Shown: in pieces, positions 1-9,749 of the stretch
Numbering within the stretch: the stretch's first letter is position 1
Layout of the letters: the number at the start of each line of letters is the position of its first letter
DNA from: Acidiferrobacterales bacterium
GTDB taxonomy: Bacteria > Pseudomonadota > Gammaproteobacteria > Acidiferrobacterales > JAJDNE01
Length of the DNA stretch: 64,000 nt
NCBI GenBank assembly: GCA_048060695.1
Contig: JBGMQT010000002.1
Span: 5,263-69,262, forward strand
Direction: 5' to 3'
Program-made: the position numbers and the translations under genes
The notes under the pieces: model-generated
Database searches by the model: none
Seen by the model: only the letters and a program-made list of their open reading frames with translations
What the model was told of the DNA's origin: nothing

Positions 1-56
1 GGGCTCTGTTCGCCGTCGCGTAATGTGGTATCAAAAATAATTAACTGTTTGCTCAT
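1..56 (-). CDS. leuA: 2-isopropylmalate synthase, N-terminal fragment (gene continues off the left edge)
   Basis: My own minus-strand translation from the ATG at 56-54 gives MSKQLIIFDTTLRDGEQS, the conserved LeuA N-terminal TTLRDGEQ motif. An AGAGGA SD lies 5 nt upstream. It is absent from the ORF track because it is truncated. Confidence 0.8.
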   Translation of the reverse strand, partial: MSKQLIIFDTTLRDGEQS

Positions 57-160
57 AATGTCCTCTGCTCATCGAAACCATTCAGCAGACCAACCGGTCT
101 GCGGTTTAATCGATTCTTTTCCAGGGTGTCCCTTGGGACTGGTGAGATAGATGTGGGCGC

Positions 161-280
161 CTAGCGGCGCAGCAGTAGCAGAAGCAGAAGAGCATTTGCG
201 GACAAAGCGGCCCAATCACGGCGAAGGATCGCTGTGGTGGAAGAAGAACTATAACTATATTGTGGGTTGCTCTGACTCAT
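161..280 (-). CDS. Leucine-rich leader peptide (39 aa) of a leuA attenuator
   Basis: My own translation gives MSQSNPQYSYSSSSTTAILRRDWAALSANALLLLLLLRR*. Seven consecutive Leu codons (CTT CTG CTT CTG CTA CTG CTG, 190-170) lie two codons before the stop. The peptide sits about 105 nt upstream of the leuA ATG and is followed by hairpins. It is below the 60-aa ORF cut-off. Confidence 0.75.
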   Translation of the reverse strand: MSQSNPQYSYSSSSTTAILRRDWAALSANALLLLLLLRR

Positions 281-299
281 TTCATTCGCTCGTGCTTTT

Positions 300-328
300 A
301 ATATAACTGCACGCGCACGGAATTTCAA
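300..328 (-). promoter_or_regulatory. Candidate sigma70 promoter for the leader-leuA transcript
   Basis: Minus strand reads TTGAAA (328-323), a 17-nt spacer, then TATATT (305-300). It lies about 20 nt upstream of the leader ATG and just after the pssA stop. Confidence 0.55.
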
Positions 329-343
329 AGGATTGATAGAATT

Positions 344-1138
344 TTATTTGCTTCCCGGATTGGCAGTATTGTCGTCATGCTTGCCAACCATCCTCCATAA
401 GGCCTGCAAGGGGCCGGAAAGCGTATAAATCAGTGCGGTCCCGAACAAAACCTGTGGCGGGTAAAGGAAAACGGCGACAAAAATCAACGGGACTACTAGG
501 ATGTAAAAAAATGGCACTCTGCCCTTGAGGTCCAGATCCTTGAAGCTGCGATAACGGATATTGCTAACCATCAGGACGCCGGCGGCAAGGGTTGTGATCA
601 GGGCGAAGATACTGATCTCCTTGCCGGGCAGGCCTGAGGCATCCATCAGCCAGATGAATCCGGCGACCACAGCGGCCGCAGTCGGGCTGGGCAGACCAAC
701 GAAATAACGTTTGTCCACGATATCAACCTGGATATTAAAACGTGCCAGTCGCAGACCGGCGCCGGCGGAGTAAATAAAAGCGGCGACCCAACCCAGGTTA
801 CCCAGACCTGACAATGCCCAGATATACATCACCAATGCCGGCGCCAACCCAAAGGCCACCATATCCACAAGGCTGTCGTATTGCGCACCGAAATCGCTCT
901 CGGTGTGCGTCAGGCGGGCAACACGCCCATCGAGACCATCCATCACCATGGCAATAAACACCGCCACCGCTGCTTTTTCGAAATTACCGCCAATGGCCTG
1001 AATAATGGCAAAGAATCCGGCAAACAGGCCGGCCGTGGTAAACAGGCTGGGAAGAATATAGATTCCGGGACGACGGCCACGGACATGAATCTCGGTCACT
1101 TTCGCGATCGGATCCGAATTGTTCTCTGGTTCTGTCAT
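344..1138 (-). CDS. pssA: CDP-diacylglycerol--serine O-phosphatidyltransferase (CDP-alcohol phosphatidyltransferase type)
   Basis: 264 aa and multi-TM. It carries the motif DGLDGRVARLTHTESDFGAQYDSLVD (DGxxAR..G..D..D). An AGGAGA SD lies 6 nt before the ATG. Confidence 0.9.
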   Translation of the reverse strand: MTEPENNSDPIAKVTEIHVRGRRPGIYILPSLFTTAGLFAGFFAIIQAIGGNFEKAAVAVFIAMVMDGLDGRVARLTHTESDFGAQYDSLVDMVAFGLAPALVMYIWALSGLGNLGWVAAFIYSAGAGLRLARFNIQVDIVDKRYFVGLPSPTAAAVVAGFIWLMDASGLPGKEISIFALITTLAAGVLMVSNIRYRSFKDLDLKGRVPFFYILVVPLIFVAVFLYPPQVLFGTALIYTLSGPLQALWRMVGKHDDNTANPGSK

Positions 1139-1206
1139 CGCTGCTCTCCTGCAGTAGATCTGGCCCTGTTCGTGGCGGGTATAAGTTGGCCCGGTTAGCG
1201 CCCCAA

Positions 1207-1854
1207 CTATCTTCTTAGCGTAGCAAGCACATCAGTCCCGGCACTTACCTTGTCACCCAAGCTTACTTTAATGTCGGTATTCGGCGGAAGATAGACATCG
1301 ACGCGCGAACCATAGCGAATGAATCCAAAACGCTCACCCTGACCAATGCGGTCTCCGGGCTGCTTGTAACAAATTATACGCCTGGCGATCAGTCCCGCCA
1401 CCTGCACCACGACGACATCACTACCCTCGTCAGTCTGGATCCACAGGGCATTGCGCTCGTTTTCCTTTGCTGCCTTGTCCAGCGCGGCATTAAAAAATCG
1501 GCCCGGGTTATACCAGCGCTCCTTCACCACACCCTCGGTCGGGCTGCGGTTGGAATGCACATTGAATACATTCATAAAAATGCTAATGCGGCGCGATGGA
1601 CGATTCAGATAGGGGTCATGGATATCACCCACGTGCACCACACGGCCATCGGCGGGGCAAATAATGCCCAGTGGTTCGGCAGGAATCTTGCGCTGCGGAT
1701 CGCGGAAAAACTGGGTAACAAAAGCCAGAACGACCCAGATCGGTGCTGCCCAGATCGCACCGGCATAATAGTGAACCGCGCTGCCAGCTACGATCAGTAC
1801 GATTATATCGACCCAGCCTTCCCTGGCCAGAACCGGATGTCTACGAATTGCCAC
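1207..1854 (-). CDS. psd: Phosphatidylserine decarboxylase, short (Asd-like) form
   Basis: 215 aa with an N-terminal TM segment and a C-terminal FIRYGSRVDVYLP containing the G-S self-cleavage motif. It is adjacent to pssA. The start codon is GTG. Confidence 0.85.
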   Translation of the reverse strand: MAIRRHPVLAREGWVDIIVLIVAGSAVHYYAGAIWAAPIWVVLAFVTQFFRDPQRKIPAEPLGIICPADGRVVHVGDIHDPYLNRPSRRISIFMNVFNVHSNRSPTEGVVKERWYNPGRFFNAALDKAAKENERNALWIQTDEGSDVVVVQVAGLIARRIICYKQPGDRIGQGERFGFIRYGSRVDVYLPPNTDIKVSLGDKVSAGTDVLATLRR

Positions 1855-1872
1855 GACGCAAAATAACTGCGA

Positions 1873-2901
<1,029 letters not shown>

Positions 2902-2975
2902 TTATTTCCGCGACCGGGCCGTCTCTGGCACGATTGCATCAATCAGTAATTTAATATTCGCTTTCAGCGCCAGCG

Positions 2976-3467
2976 CTAAATGCGCAACCCCTTTTCACCG
3001 CGCCCGATTCCCGACACACCGGATCGCACCGCCTCAATAATACCCGCGGGTCGTGCCGCGCTGATGAAGGCGTCAAGTTTTTCCGCATTACCGGTTAACT
3101 CAATGATGTAGGAATTCTCGGTCACATCAATAATACGGCCGCGGAAGATATCCACCAATCGCTTCACTTCATCGCGGGCATCTCCCAGAGCCTTGAGTTT
3201 GATCAACAACATCTCGCGTTCGATGTGGGCACCCTCGGTCAGATCGATCAGCTTGACGACATCCACCAGCTTGTTGAGTTGCTTGGTTATCTGCTCAATA
3301 ATCTCGTCGGAACCGCGCGTTACCAGCGTCATGCGCGACAACGTAGGGTCGTCCGTTGGCGCCACGGTCAGCGACTCGATATTGTAGCCGCGCGCCGAAA
3401 ACAGGCCGGCAACGCGGGACAGGGCACCCGATTCATTCTCCATCAGAATGGATATGATATGACGCAT
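2976..3467 (-). CDS. ilvH: Acetolactate synthase small (regulatory) subunit
   Basis: The ACT-domain N-terminus is MRHIISILMENESGALSRVAGLFSARGYNIESL. I moved the start to the internal ATG at 3467, 16 nt after the ilvI stop. The track ORF (to 3563) overlaps ilvI and is over-extended. Confidence 0.93.
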   Translation of the reverse strand: MRHIISILMENESGALSRVAGLFSARGYNIESLTVAPTDDPTLSRMTLVTRGSDEIIEQITKQLNKLVDVVKLIDLTEGAHIEREMLLIKLKALGDARDEVKRLVDIFRGRIIDVTENSYIIELTGNAEKLDAFISAARPAGIIEAVRSGVSGIGRGEKGLRI

Positions 3468-3483
3468 CAGCCCGGAACCCCCA

Positions 3484-5217
3484 TCAGGCCAGCTCCCTGT
3501 CCGTAGACACCACCGCCGCGCAAGGACCCAGTTCCATTTCATGATGGCCCTTGCCGGCCGCAATCATGGGATAGACATTGGCTTTCTGATCGGTGATAAA
3601 GTCCATGAACACCAGCCGGTCTTTCATTGCCAGTGCTTCCTTGAGTGCTCCTTCCACGTCCCCCGGCTTTTCAATGCGCATGCCCACATGACCATAGGCC
3701 TCTGCCAGCTTTGTAAAGTCAGGCAGCGCGTCCATATAGGAATGGCTATAGCGACGATCATAGAAAAATTCCTGCCATTGGCGCACCATGCCCAGATAGC
3801 GGTTATTCAGATTGATAATCTTGATCGGCAGGTCGTATTGTTTGCAGGTCGATAGTTCCTGGATACACATCTGGATCGACCCCTCACCCGTAATACAGGC
3901 GACGGTGGCATCCGGATGCGCCATCTTCACACCCATTGCAGCCGGCAGACCAAAGCCCATGGTGCCGAGACCGCCTGAATTAATCCAGCGGCGGGGTTGA
4001 TCGAATTTGTAGAACTGCGCCGCAAACATCTGGTGCTGACCCACGTCCGAGGTCACGAAGGCATCTCCGTGAGTAAGCTCATAGAACGTTTGCACCACGT
4101 ACTGCGGCTGGATCAGCTTGTCATCCATTTCATACTTGAGACAGTCGAGACTGCGCCACCCGTCGATACGGGCCCACCATTTTTTAATGGCTTCCTGGTC
4201 GGGGCTGGTTTTGGCCGCCTTGATCTGCTCGATCATTTCTTTCAGCACCATACCAACGCTGCCGACGATAGGCACTTCCACCGCCACGTTCTTGCCAATC
4301 TGTGCCGGATCGATATCAATATGAATGACTCTGGCGTCGGGACAGAATTTTTCAATATCACCGGTAATGCGGTCATCAAAACGCGCGCCAATCGACATCA
4401 ACACGTCACACTCATGCATTCCCATATTGGCTTCGTAGGTGCCGTGCATTCCCAGCATACCGACGTACAGGGGATCGGTGGCCGGATAGCCACCCAGCCC
4501 CATCAGGGTGTTGGTGCAGGGGTAACCCAGCAGGCGAACAAATTCCGCCAATGTTTCAGCGGCATCATCGAGGATGACCCCACCGCCGGCATAGAGCATC
4601 GGCCGATGGGCACTGAGCAATAACTCAACTGCCTTTTTCACCTGACCACCATGGCCTTTGGTCACCGGGTTATAGGAACGCATGCTGATGGTTTTGGGAT
4701 AAGCATATTCGGTCTTGCTGGCAGTGACATCTTTGGGGATGTCCACCAGCACGGGCCCCGGGCGACCGGTGGTGGCGATGTAAAACGCTTTCTTGATGGT
4801 CATCGCAAGATCTTTCACATCCTTCACCAGGAAGTTGTGTTTCACGCAAGGGCGCGAAATACCCACCGCATCGACCTCCTGAAAGGCATCGTCGCCAATC
4901 AGGTTGGTGGCAACCTGGCCACTGAGAATAACCAGGGGAATGGAATCCATGTGGGCAGTAGCGATACCGGTAATGGTATTGGTAACACCAGGGCCAGACG
5001 TCACCAACGCAACGCCGGGCCTGCCGGTAGAACGGGCATAACCGTCGGCCGCATGCACCGCACCCTGCTCGTGACGCACAAGGATGTGTTTCACGTCCTC
5101 CTGGTTGTAAAGCGCATCGTAGATATGCAGCGCCGCGCCGCCCGGATACCCGAAGATGTGCTCCACCCCCTGGTCATGCAGACTGCGCATGATGATATCC
5201 GCACCCGTTAATTTCAC
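3484..5217 (-). CDS. ilvI: Acetolactate synthase large (catalytic) subunit
   Basis: 577 aa with ThDP/FAD enzyme motifs (GYPGGA..., GGLGTMGFGLPAAMG). The start is GTG, with GAGG 6 nt upstream. Confidence 0.96.
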   Translation of the reverse strand: MKLTGADIIMRSLHDQGVEHIFGYPGGAALHIYDALYNQEDVKHILVRHEQGAVHAADGYARSTGRPGVALVTSGPGVTNTITGIATAHMDSIPLVILSGQVATNLIGDDAFQEVDAVGISRPCVKHNFLVKDVKDLAMTIKKAFYIATTGRPGPVLVDIPKDVTASKTEYAYPKTISMRSYNPVTKGHGGQVKKAVELLLSAHRPMLYAGGGVILDDAAETLAEFVRLLGYPCTNTLMGLGGYPATDPLYVGMLGMHGTYEANMGMHECDVLMSIGARFDDRITGDIEKFCPDARVIHIDIDPAQIGKNVAVEVPIVGSVGMVLKEMIEQIKAAKTSPDQEAIKKWWARIDGWRSLDCLKYEMDDKLIQPQYVVQTFYELTHGDAFVTSDVGQHQMFAAQFYKFDQPRRWINSGGLGTMGFGLPAAMGVKMAHPDATVACITGEGSIQMCIQELSTCKQYDLPIKIINLNNRYLGMVRQWQEFFYDRRYSHSYMDALPDFTKLAEAYGHVGMRIEKPGDVEGALKEALAMKDRLVFMDFITDQKANVYPMIAAGKGHHEMELGPCAAVVSTDRELA

Positions 5218-5240
5218 TACCAGCCTCGATTCAATAAAAT

Positions 5241-5264
5241 AAAAAAATGCCCAGATTACGGGCA
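5241..5264 (-). terminator. Intrinsic-terminator-like hairpin + U7 immediately upstream of ilvI (cysS terminator and/or ilvIH attenuator)
   Basis: Minus strand reads UGCCCG-UAAUC-UGGGCA followed by UUUUUUU. The U-run ends only about 23 nt before the ilvI GTG. Confidence 0.6.
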
Positions 5265-5389
5265 GTTAGCGTACCAGAAATTTCTGGTACGAATAGGCGG
5301 AAGTTACTGTTTACTGTATCGGTGGTCAATAGATTTGCCACAAAACCACCTGTTTTGGAGATTTTCAGACCACCAGTTTACTCGTGGGC

Positions 5390-6775
5390 TTACTTGCGGC
5401 GCCAGGTCGTGCCTCCAGCACCATCCTCCAGTACCACCTTCTGCTCCTGCAGGATGTCACGAACGCGATCGGCCTCGGCCCAGTCCTTGTCCACGCGCGC
5501 CTGATTCCGGCGCGTTATCAACTCGTCAATCTCGGCATCGGACAACCCGGCATCGGTATCACCCCGCAGGAAAACATCCGGGTCCTGTTGCAATACACCC
5601 AATACACCACCGAGTTGGCGTAAAGCGCCGGCCAGGGCGGCGGCCAATTTCGGCTCATCCTCACGGACACGATTAATTTCGCGTGCCAACTCAAACAAAA
5701 CCGCAAAGGCTTCCGGCGTATTGAAGTCATCGTCCATGGCCTGCTGGAAACGCTCGCGGTATGGGGCCAGCGTAGACTCGTCCACACCGACAACCGGCAG
5801 GCCGCGCAAGGCGGTGTAAAAACGCGTCAGGCCCGCCTTGGCGTTTTCCAGCGATTCATCGGAGTAATTCAATGGTGAACGATAGTGGCTGGTGACAATG
5901 AAATACCGTACTACCTCCGGCGCATAGTTTTCCAGAATTTCACGAATAGTGAAGAAGTTGCCCAGTGACTTTGACATCTTTTCTTCATTAATACGTACAA
6001 AACCATTGTGCATCCACAGATTGACAAATGTCTTGCCGGTCGCGGCCTCACTTTGTGCTATTTCGTTTTCGTGATGAGGGAATTGCAGATCCTGGCCGCC
6101 GCCATGAATATCGAAATGGTCACCGAGACAATGGGTCGACATGGCCGAGCATTCGATGTGCCAACCGGGCCGCCCGTTGCCCCAGGGTGACTCCCAGCTG
6201 GGCTCTTCCGGTTTGGCCGCCTTCCAAAGCGCGAAATCCAGCGGGTCATCCTTGGCCTCTCCTATCTCTACACGCTCACCCGCACGCAGGTCTTCAATGT
6301 GTTTACCCGAGAGTGCGCCGTAGCGCTCAAACTTGCTGACATCGTAGTAGACATCACCATTGTCAGCTTGATAGGCATAACCATTTTCAATCAGACGCGA
6401 AATCATTTTTTTGATTTCGTTGATATGGGCCGTGGCATAGGGTTCTTGATCTGGCGGCAATATTCCCAGCGCCGCGACATCTTCATGCATAGCGGCGATA
6501 AAACGTTCCGTCAATTTATCAAACGCTTCCCCATTTTTGTTTGCGCGGGCTATGATCTTGTCATCGATATCGGTAACATTGCGGATATAGGTGAGGTCAT
6601 AACCGCGATAACGCAGATAGCGTGCGACAATATCGAACACCATCATCATGCGGGCATGGCCCAGGTGACAAAAGTCGTATACCGTCATGCCGCAGACATA
6701 CATACGTACCTTGCCAGGTTCAATCGGCGTAAACGGTTCTTTCTTATTGGTAAGGCTGTTATAGATCTCAAGCAT
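5390..6775 (-). CDS. cysS: Cysteine--tRNA ligase
   Basis: 461 aa with the HIGH motif (CHLGHARM) and the KMSKS motif. Confidence 0.97.
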   Translation of the reverse strand: MLEIYNSLTNKKEPFTPIEPGKVRMYVCGMTVYDFCHLGHARMMMVFDIVARYLRYRGYDLTYIRNVTDIDDKIIARANKNGEAFDKLTERFIAAMHEDVAALGILPPDQEPYATAHINEIKKMISRLIENGYAYQADNGDVYYDVSKFERYGALSGKHIEDLRAGERVEIGEAKDDPLDFALWKAAKPEEPSWESPWGNGRPGWHIECSAMSTHCLGDHFDIHGGGQDLQFPHHENEIAQSEAATGKTFVNLWMHNGFVRINEEKMSKSLGNFFTIREILENYAPEVVRYFIVTSHYRSPLNYSDESLENAKAGLTRFYTALRGLPVVGVDESTLAPYRERFQQAMDDDFNTPEAFAVLFELAREINRVREDEPKLAAALAGALRQLGGVLGVLQQDPDVFLRGDTDAGLSDAEIDELITRRNQARVDKDWAEADRVRDILQEQKVVLEDGAGGTTWRRK

Positions 6776-6802
6776 ATTCGTCAGCGCTATTTCTGCGACA
6801 GA

Positions 6803-8275
6803 TTATTCTTTCGTTAAATCCCGGGCCAGCTGCAGTCGGCGCTGTATGGTATTTTTATCCAGCAATTTCCAGATACTGCCCATTTGCGGTCCGTCGTGCC
6901 AATGGTTTTCCATTCCGGGGCGCTGATCTGTCTCCCCGGTGAGCGCCGCACGCAACGGCATATACAGTAACTTTCCTTTTTTACCGGTATTCCCGGTTAA
7001 CTGCTTCAAAAAAGATTTAAAATCATTCTCGCCATCGTCCAGCAACTTCAACGCCACATTAAAGAATTCTCTATCCGCCTCGAGGAGGGATGTTCTGGCC
7101 TTATGATCATACACGCCACTATCAGTAAATAGATTAGCTGCCCAGAAGAATGCATCCTGTGGCATTTCGATATTTTCGCGCACGGTGCGAATAAACATTT
7201 CATGCTGTTTTTCCGGCACAAAAATTTCTACCCTGTCCCCCGCGATCTCAAACTCGTTCACCCACTGCCACAATGCTTCATCACTCGCACTGGCAATGGC
7301 CTCGCGTTGCCAGTGCATGAGTTGCACAGCATCGAACCGGGCCGGTGCTCGATGAAGTTTTTCAGTCCGAAACGCTTTGGCAAGTTCGTCGTACGACATA
7401 AAGTCATTTGACTCATAACTGTGCCCCAATCTTGCCAGGTAGTTGACGATAGCTTGAGGCAGGTATCCCTGGTCCCGTAGCTCCATCACCGACTGGCTGC
7501 CGTTACGCTTGGACAACGGAGCGCCATCTTCACCGACCACCAGTGCGATGTGTGCATAGTCCGGTGCCGGCAGCCCCAGCGCCTCAAGCAACATCAATTG
7601 CCGCGGTGTATTGGTAAGGTGATCTTCGCCACGCACCACCAAAGAAACTTTCATTAATGCATCATCAACAGCATTGCTGAAAAAGAATGCCGGTGCACCG
7701 TTTGAACGACGAATAATAAAATCACCAATGTCGTCGCTGACAAATCGCTGGGGGCCGCGGACCCCGTCTTCAAATTCAATCACCTGATTCCGCGGCACCC
7801 GAAACCGCAAGGTGGCTGCTTTACCGGCGCTAAAGTTGGCCTGAACCTCGTCCTCGGTCAGATTGCGGCACTTGCCGTTGTACCGGGGCGCTTTGTCTGC
7901 GGCCGCCTGCGCCTTGCGCGAAAGCTTGAGTTCATGTTCGGTGCAAAAGCAGGGATAAATATTCCCTGCACTTCGCAGTGTTTCAAAGTGCTGATCGTAT
8001 ATTTTTCCCCTTTCCGACTGCATATAGGGACCGTTATCACCACCCACCCCGGGGCCCTCTTGCCAGGTCAGACCCAGCCAGTGCAAATCTTCCTGAAGTG
8101 CAATTTCATACTTTTCTTCGCCACGAACAGCGTCGGTGTCTTCCATGCGCAGCAAAAACGTTCCGCCACCGGACTGTGCCACCAAGTGGTTAAACAACGC
8201 CGTGCGCACATTGCCCAGGTGTAGCAGTCCCGTGGGGCTGGGTGCAAACCGGGTTTTCAGTGCTGGTTTACTCAT
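6803..8275 (-). CDS. gltX: Glutamate--tRNA ligase (bacterial GluRS family; tRNA specificity not determinable)
   Basis: 490 aa with RFAPSPTGLLHLGNVRTALFN (HIGH), PLSKRNGS (KMSKS variant), a CxCx24C Zn-like motif, and a C-terminal PLRAALTG anticodon-binding domain. Confidence 0.9.
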   Translation of the reverse strand: MSKPALKTRFAPSPTGLLHLGNVRTALFNHLVAQSGGGTFLLRMEDTDAVRGEEKYEIALQEDLHWLGLTWQEGPGVGGDNGPYMQSERGKIYDQHFETLRSAGNIYPCFCTEHELKLSRKAQAAADKAPRYNGKCRNLTEDEVQANFSAGKAATLRFRVPRNQVIEFEDGVRGPQRFVSDDIGDFIIRRSNGAPAFFFSNAVDDALMKVSLVVRGEDHLTNTPRQLMLLEALGLPAPDYAHIALVVGEDGAPLSKRNGSQSVMELRDQGYLPQAIVNYLARLGHSYESNDFMSYDELAKAFRTEKLHRAPARFDAVQLMHWQREAIASASDEALWQWVNEFEIAGDRVEIFVPEKQHEMFIRTVRENIEMPQDAFFWAANLFTDSGVYDHKARTSLLEADREFFNVALKLLDDGENDFKSFLKQLTGNTGKKGKLLYMPLRAALTGETDQRPGMENHWHDGPQMGSIWKLLDKNTIQRRLQLARDLTKE

Positions 8276-8467
8276 GGCGGCGAATGGTAACGGAAGCAGG
8301 GAGTCGACCCAATAGTCGGCGCCACCGGACTTTTACAAATAGCCCTATTGCACCAGCGCGACTTCTAACGCAGAATCACGCGAAGGATGGCTAAGGTCTT
8401 ATTTAATATGGTATTCAGGATTCCAAGCCAGCTCATGACACTTTAAATAAGCTACTAATAAAGAACT

Positions 8468-8983
8468 ATGGCCGACAACGTAATGATACATATGGCAACG
8501 TCTCACGGAACCATAATCGTGGAACTGTACCGGGACAAGGCGCCGAAAAGCGTGGAGAGCTTCCTCGACTACGTGCGTGAGAGTTTTTATGACGGTACGC
8601 TGTTCCACCGCGTCATAGATAATTTCGTCATTCAGGGTGGTGGATTCGAACCAGGCATGCGCCAGAAGCCGACCCATCCGCCGATTCAGAATGAGGCCGA
8701 CAACAAACTGCGAAACGTACGTGGCACCCTGGCAATGGCCCGCACCAGTGATCCCAACTCTGCGACCAGTCAATTCTTTATTAATATTGCCGACAATGAT
8801 TTTCTGAATTACACAGCCTCTACACCGGAAGGTTGGGGGTATTGCGTCTTTGGCAATGTTATCGAAGGCATGCATGTAGTCGATCGTATCAAGGGCGTAC
8901 CCACCGGCGCCAAACTGGGGTTCAAGGACGTGCCCATGACTGAGGTCATTATTGAAAATATCCAGATTGTCGGTGCCGAATAG
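8468..8983 (+). CDS. ppiB: Peptidyl-prolyl cis-trans isomerase, cyclophilin type
   Basis: 171 aa with the FHRVIDNFVIQGGG cyclophilin core. The true start may be an internal Met 5-8 codons in, because no clear SD is visible. Confidence 0.92.
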   Translation: MADNVMIHMATSHGTIIVELYRDKAPKSVESFLDYVRESFYDGTLFHRVIDNFVIQGGGFEPGMRQKPTHPPIQNEADNKLRNVRGTLAMARTSDPNSATSQFFINIADNDFLNYTASTPEGWGYCVFGNVIEGMHVVDRIKGVPTGAKLGFKDVPMTEVIIENIQIVGAE

Positions 8984-8990
8984 TGAGTCC

Positions 8991-9737
8991 ATGGCAACAC
9001 TGTTCATATCTGATCTTCACCTGACCCATCAGCGGCCCGCCATCACCGACCTGTTTCTGGCGTTTCTTGAAGAACAGGCGGTGTCGGCTGATGCACTGTA
9101 TATCCTCGGTGACCTTTTCGAGTACTGGATCGGCGATGAGGCCATCACACTGGAAACGGTTCGTCCCATTATTGACGGCCTGAACAAGCTGGCAACTGGT
9201 GGTACACCTGTCTACATCATGCGCGGTAATCGCGACGTACTGCTGGGGAACGAATTTGAAAAGGCCTGCGGCTGTCACTTGCTTGAAGATCCTGTTGTCA
9301 TTGATCTCTATGGCGAGCCCATGCTGATAAGTCATGGCGATTACCTGTGTACTGATGACACCGAGTACCAGCAGTTCCGTTCTATGGTACGCGAACCGGA
9401 ATGGCAACAGCGGTTCCTGGCCAAGGACATCGAGGAACGTGAGGCTATCATTCGCACTTACCGCGAGATCAGCATGGCCAATATGACCGAAAAGAGTCCG
9501 GAGATTATGGATGTCAACCAACAGGCGGTGGAGCAGGCCCTGCTGGACCACAATGTCACCCAAATGATTCATGGCCATACCCACCGACCGGCAATTCATG
9601 AATTTACTCTGACAAATAATAATTACAGACGTATCGTGCTGGGTGCCTGGTATGAGCAGGGAAGCGTACTGCGATGCGATCAAAAAGGATGCGAATTGCA
9701 GGGGCTACCATTAGCGCAACCGAATTCCAGGCACTAG
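8991..9737 (+). CDS. lpxH: UDP-2,3-diacylglucosamine diphosphatase
   Basis: The protein begins MATLFISDLHL and carries GDLFEYWIGDE and GNRD metallophosphoesterase motifs. I set the start to the ATG 8 nt after the ppiB stop. The track start at 8952 overlaps ppiB. Confidence 0.92.
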   Translation: MATLFISDLHLTHQRPAITDLFLAFLEEQAVSADALYILGDLFEYWIGDEAITLETVRPIIDGLNKLATGGTPVYIMRGNRDVLLGNEFEKACGCHLLEDPVVIDLYGEPMLISHGDYLCTDDTEYQQFRSMVREPEWQQRFLAKDIEEREAIIRTYREISMANMTEKSPEIMDVNQQAVEQALLDHNVTQMIHGHTHRPAIHEFTLTNNNYRRIVLGAWYEQGSVLRCDQKGCELQGLPLAQPNSRH

Positions 9738-9749
9738 ACCCGCTACAAT

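Noticed and set aside
3468-3563. Over-long N-termini in the ORF track. Examples are ilvH to 3563, lpxH from 8952, metZ to 12921, parC to 26068, rubrerythrin to 30651, mutT to 36322, murC to 51034, murG to 52109, murD to 54617, ftsL to 60511 and mraZ to 61876. They were considered as possible real extensions or fusions.
   Set aside because: The extra residues overlap the upstream gene or a promoter, are non-homologous to known N-termini, and are rich in Arg/Trp/Cys. Internal starts give proper SDs and classic stop/start coupling such as ATGA, TAAnnATG, ATGCGTAG and GTGGCTAG.
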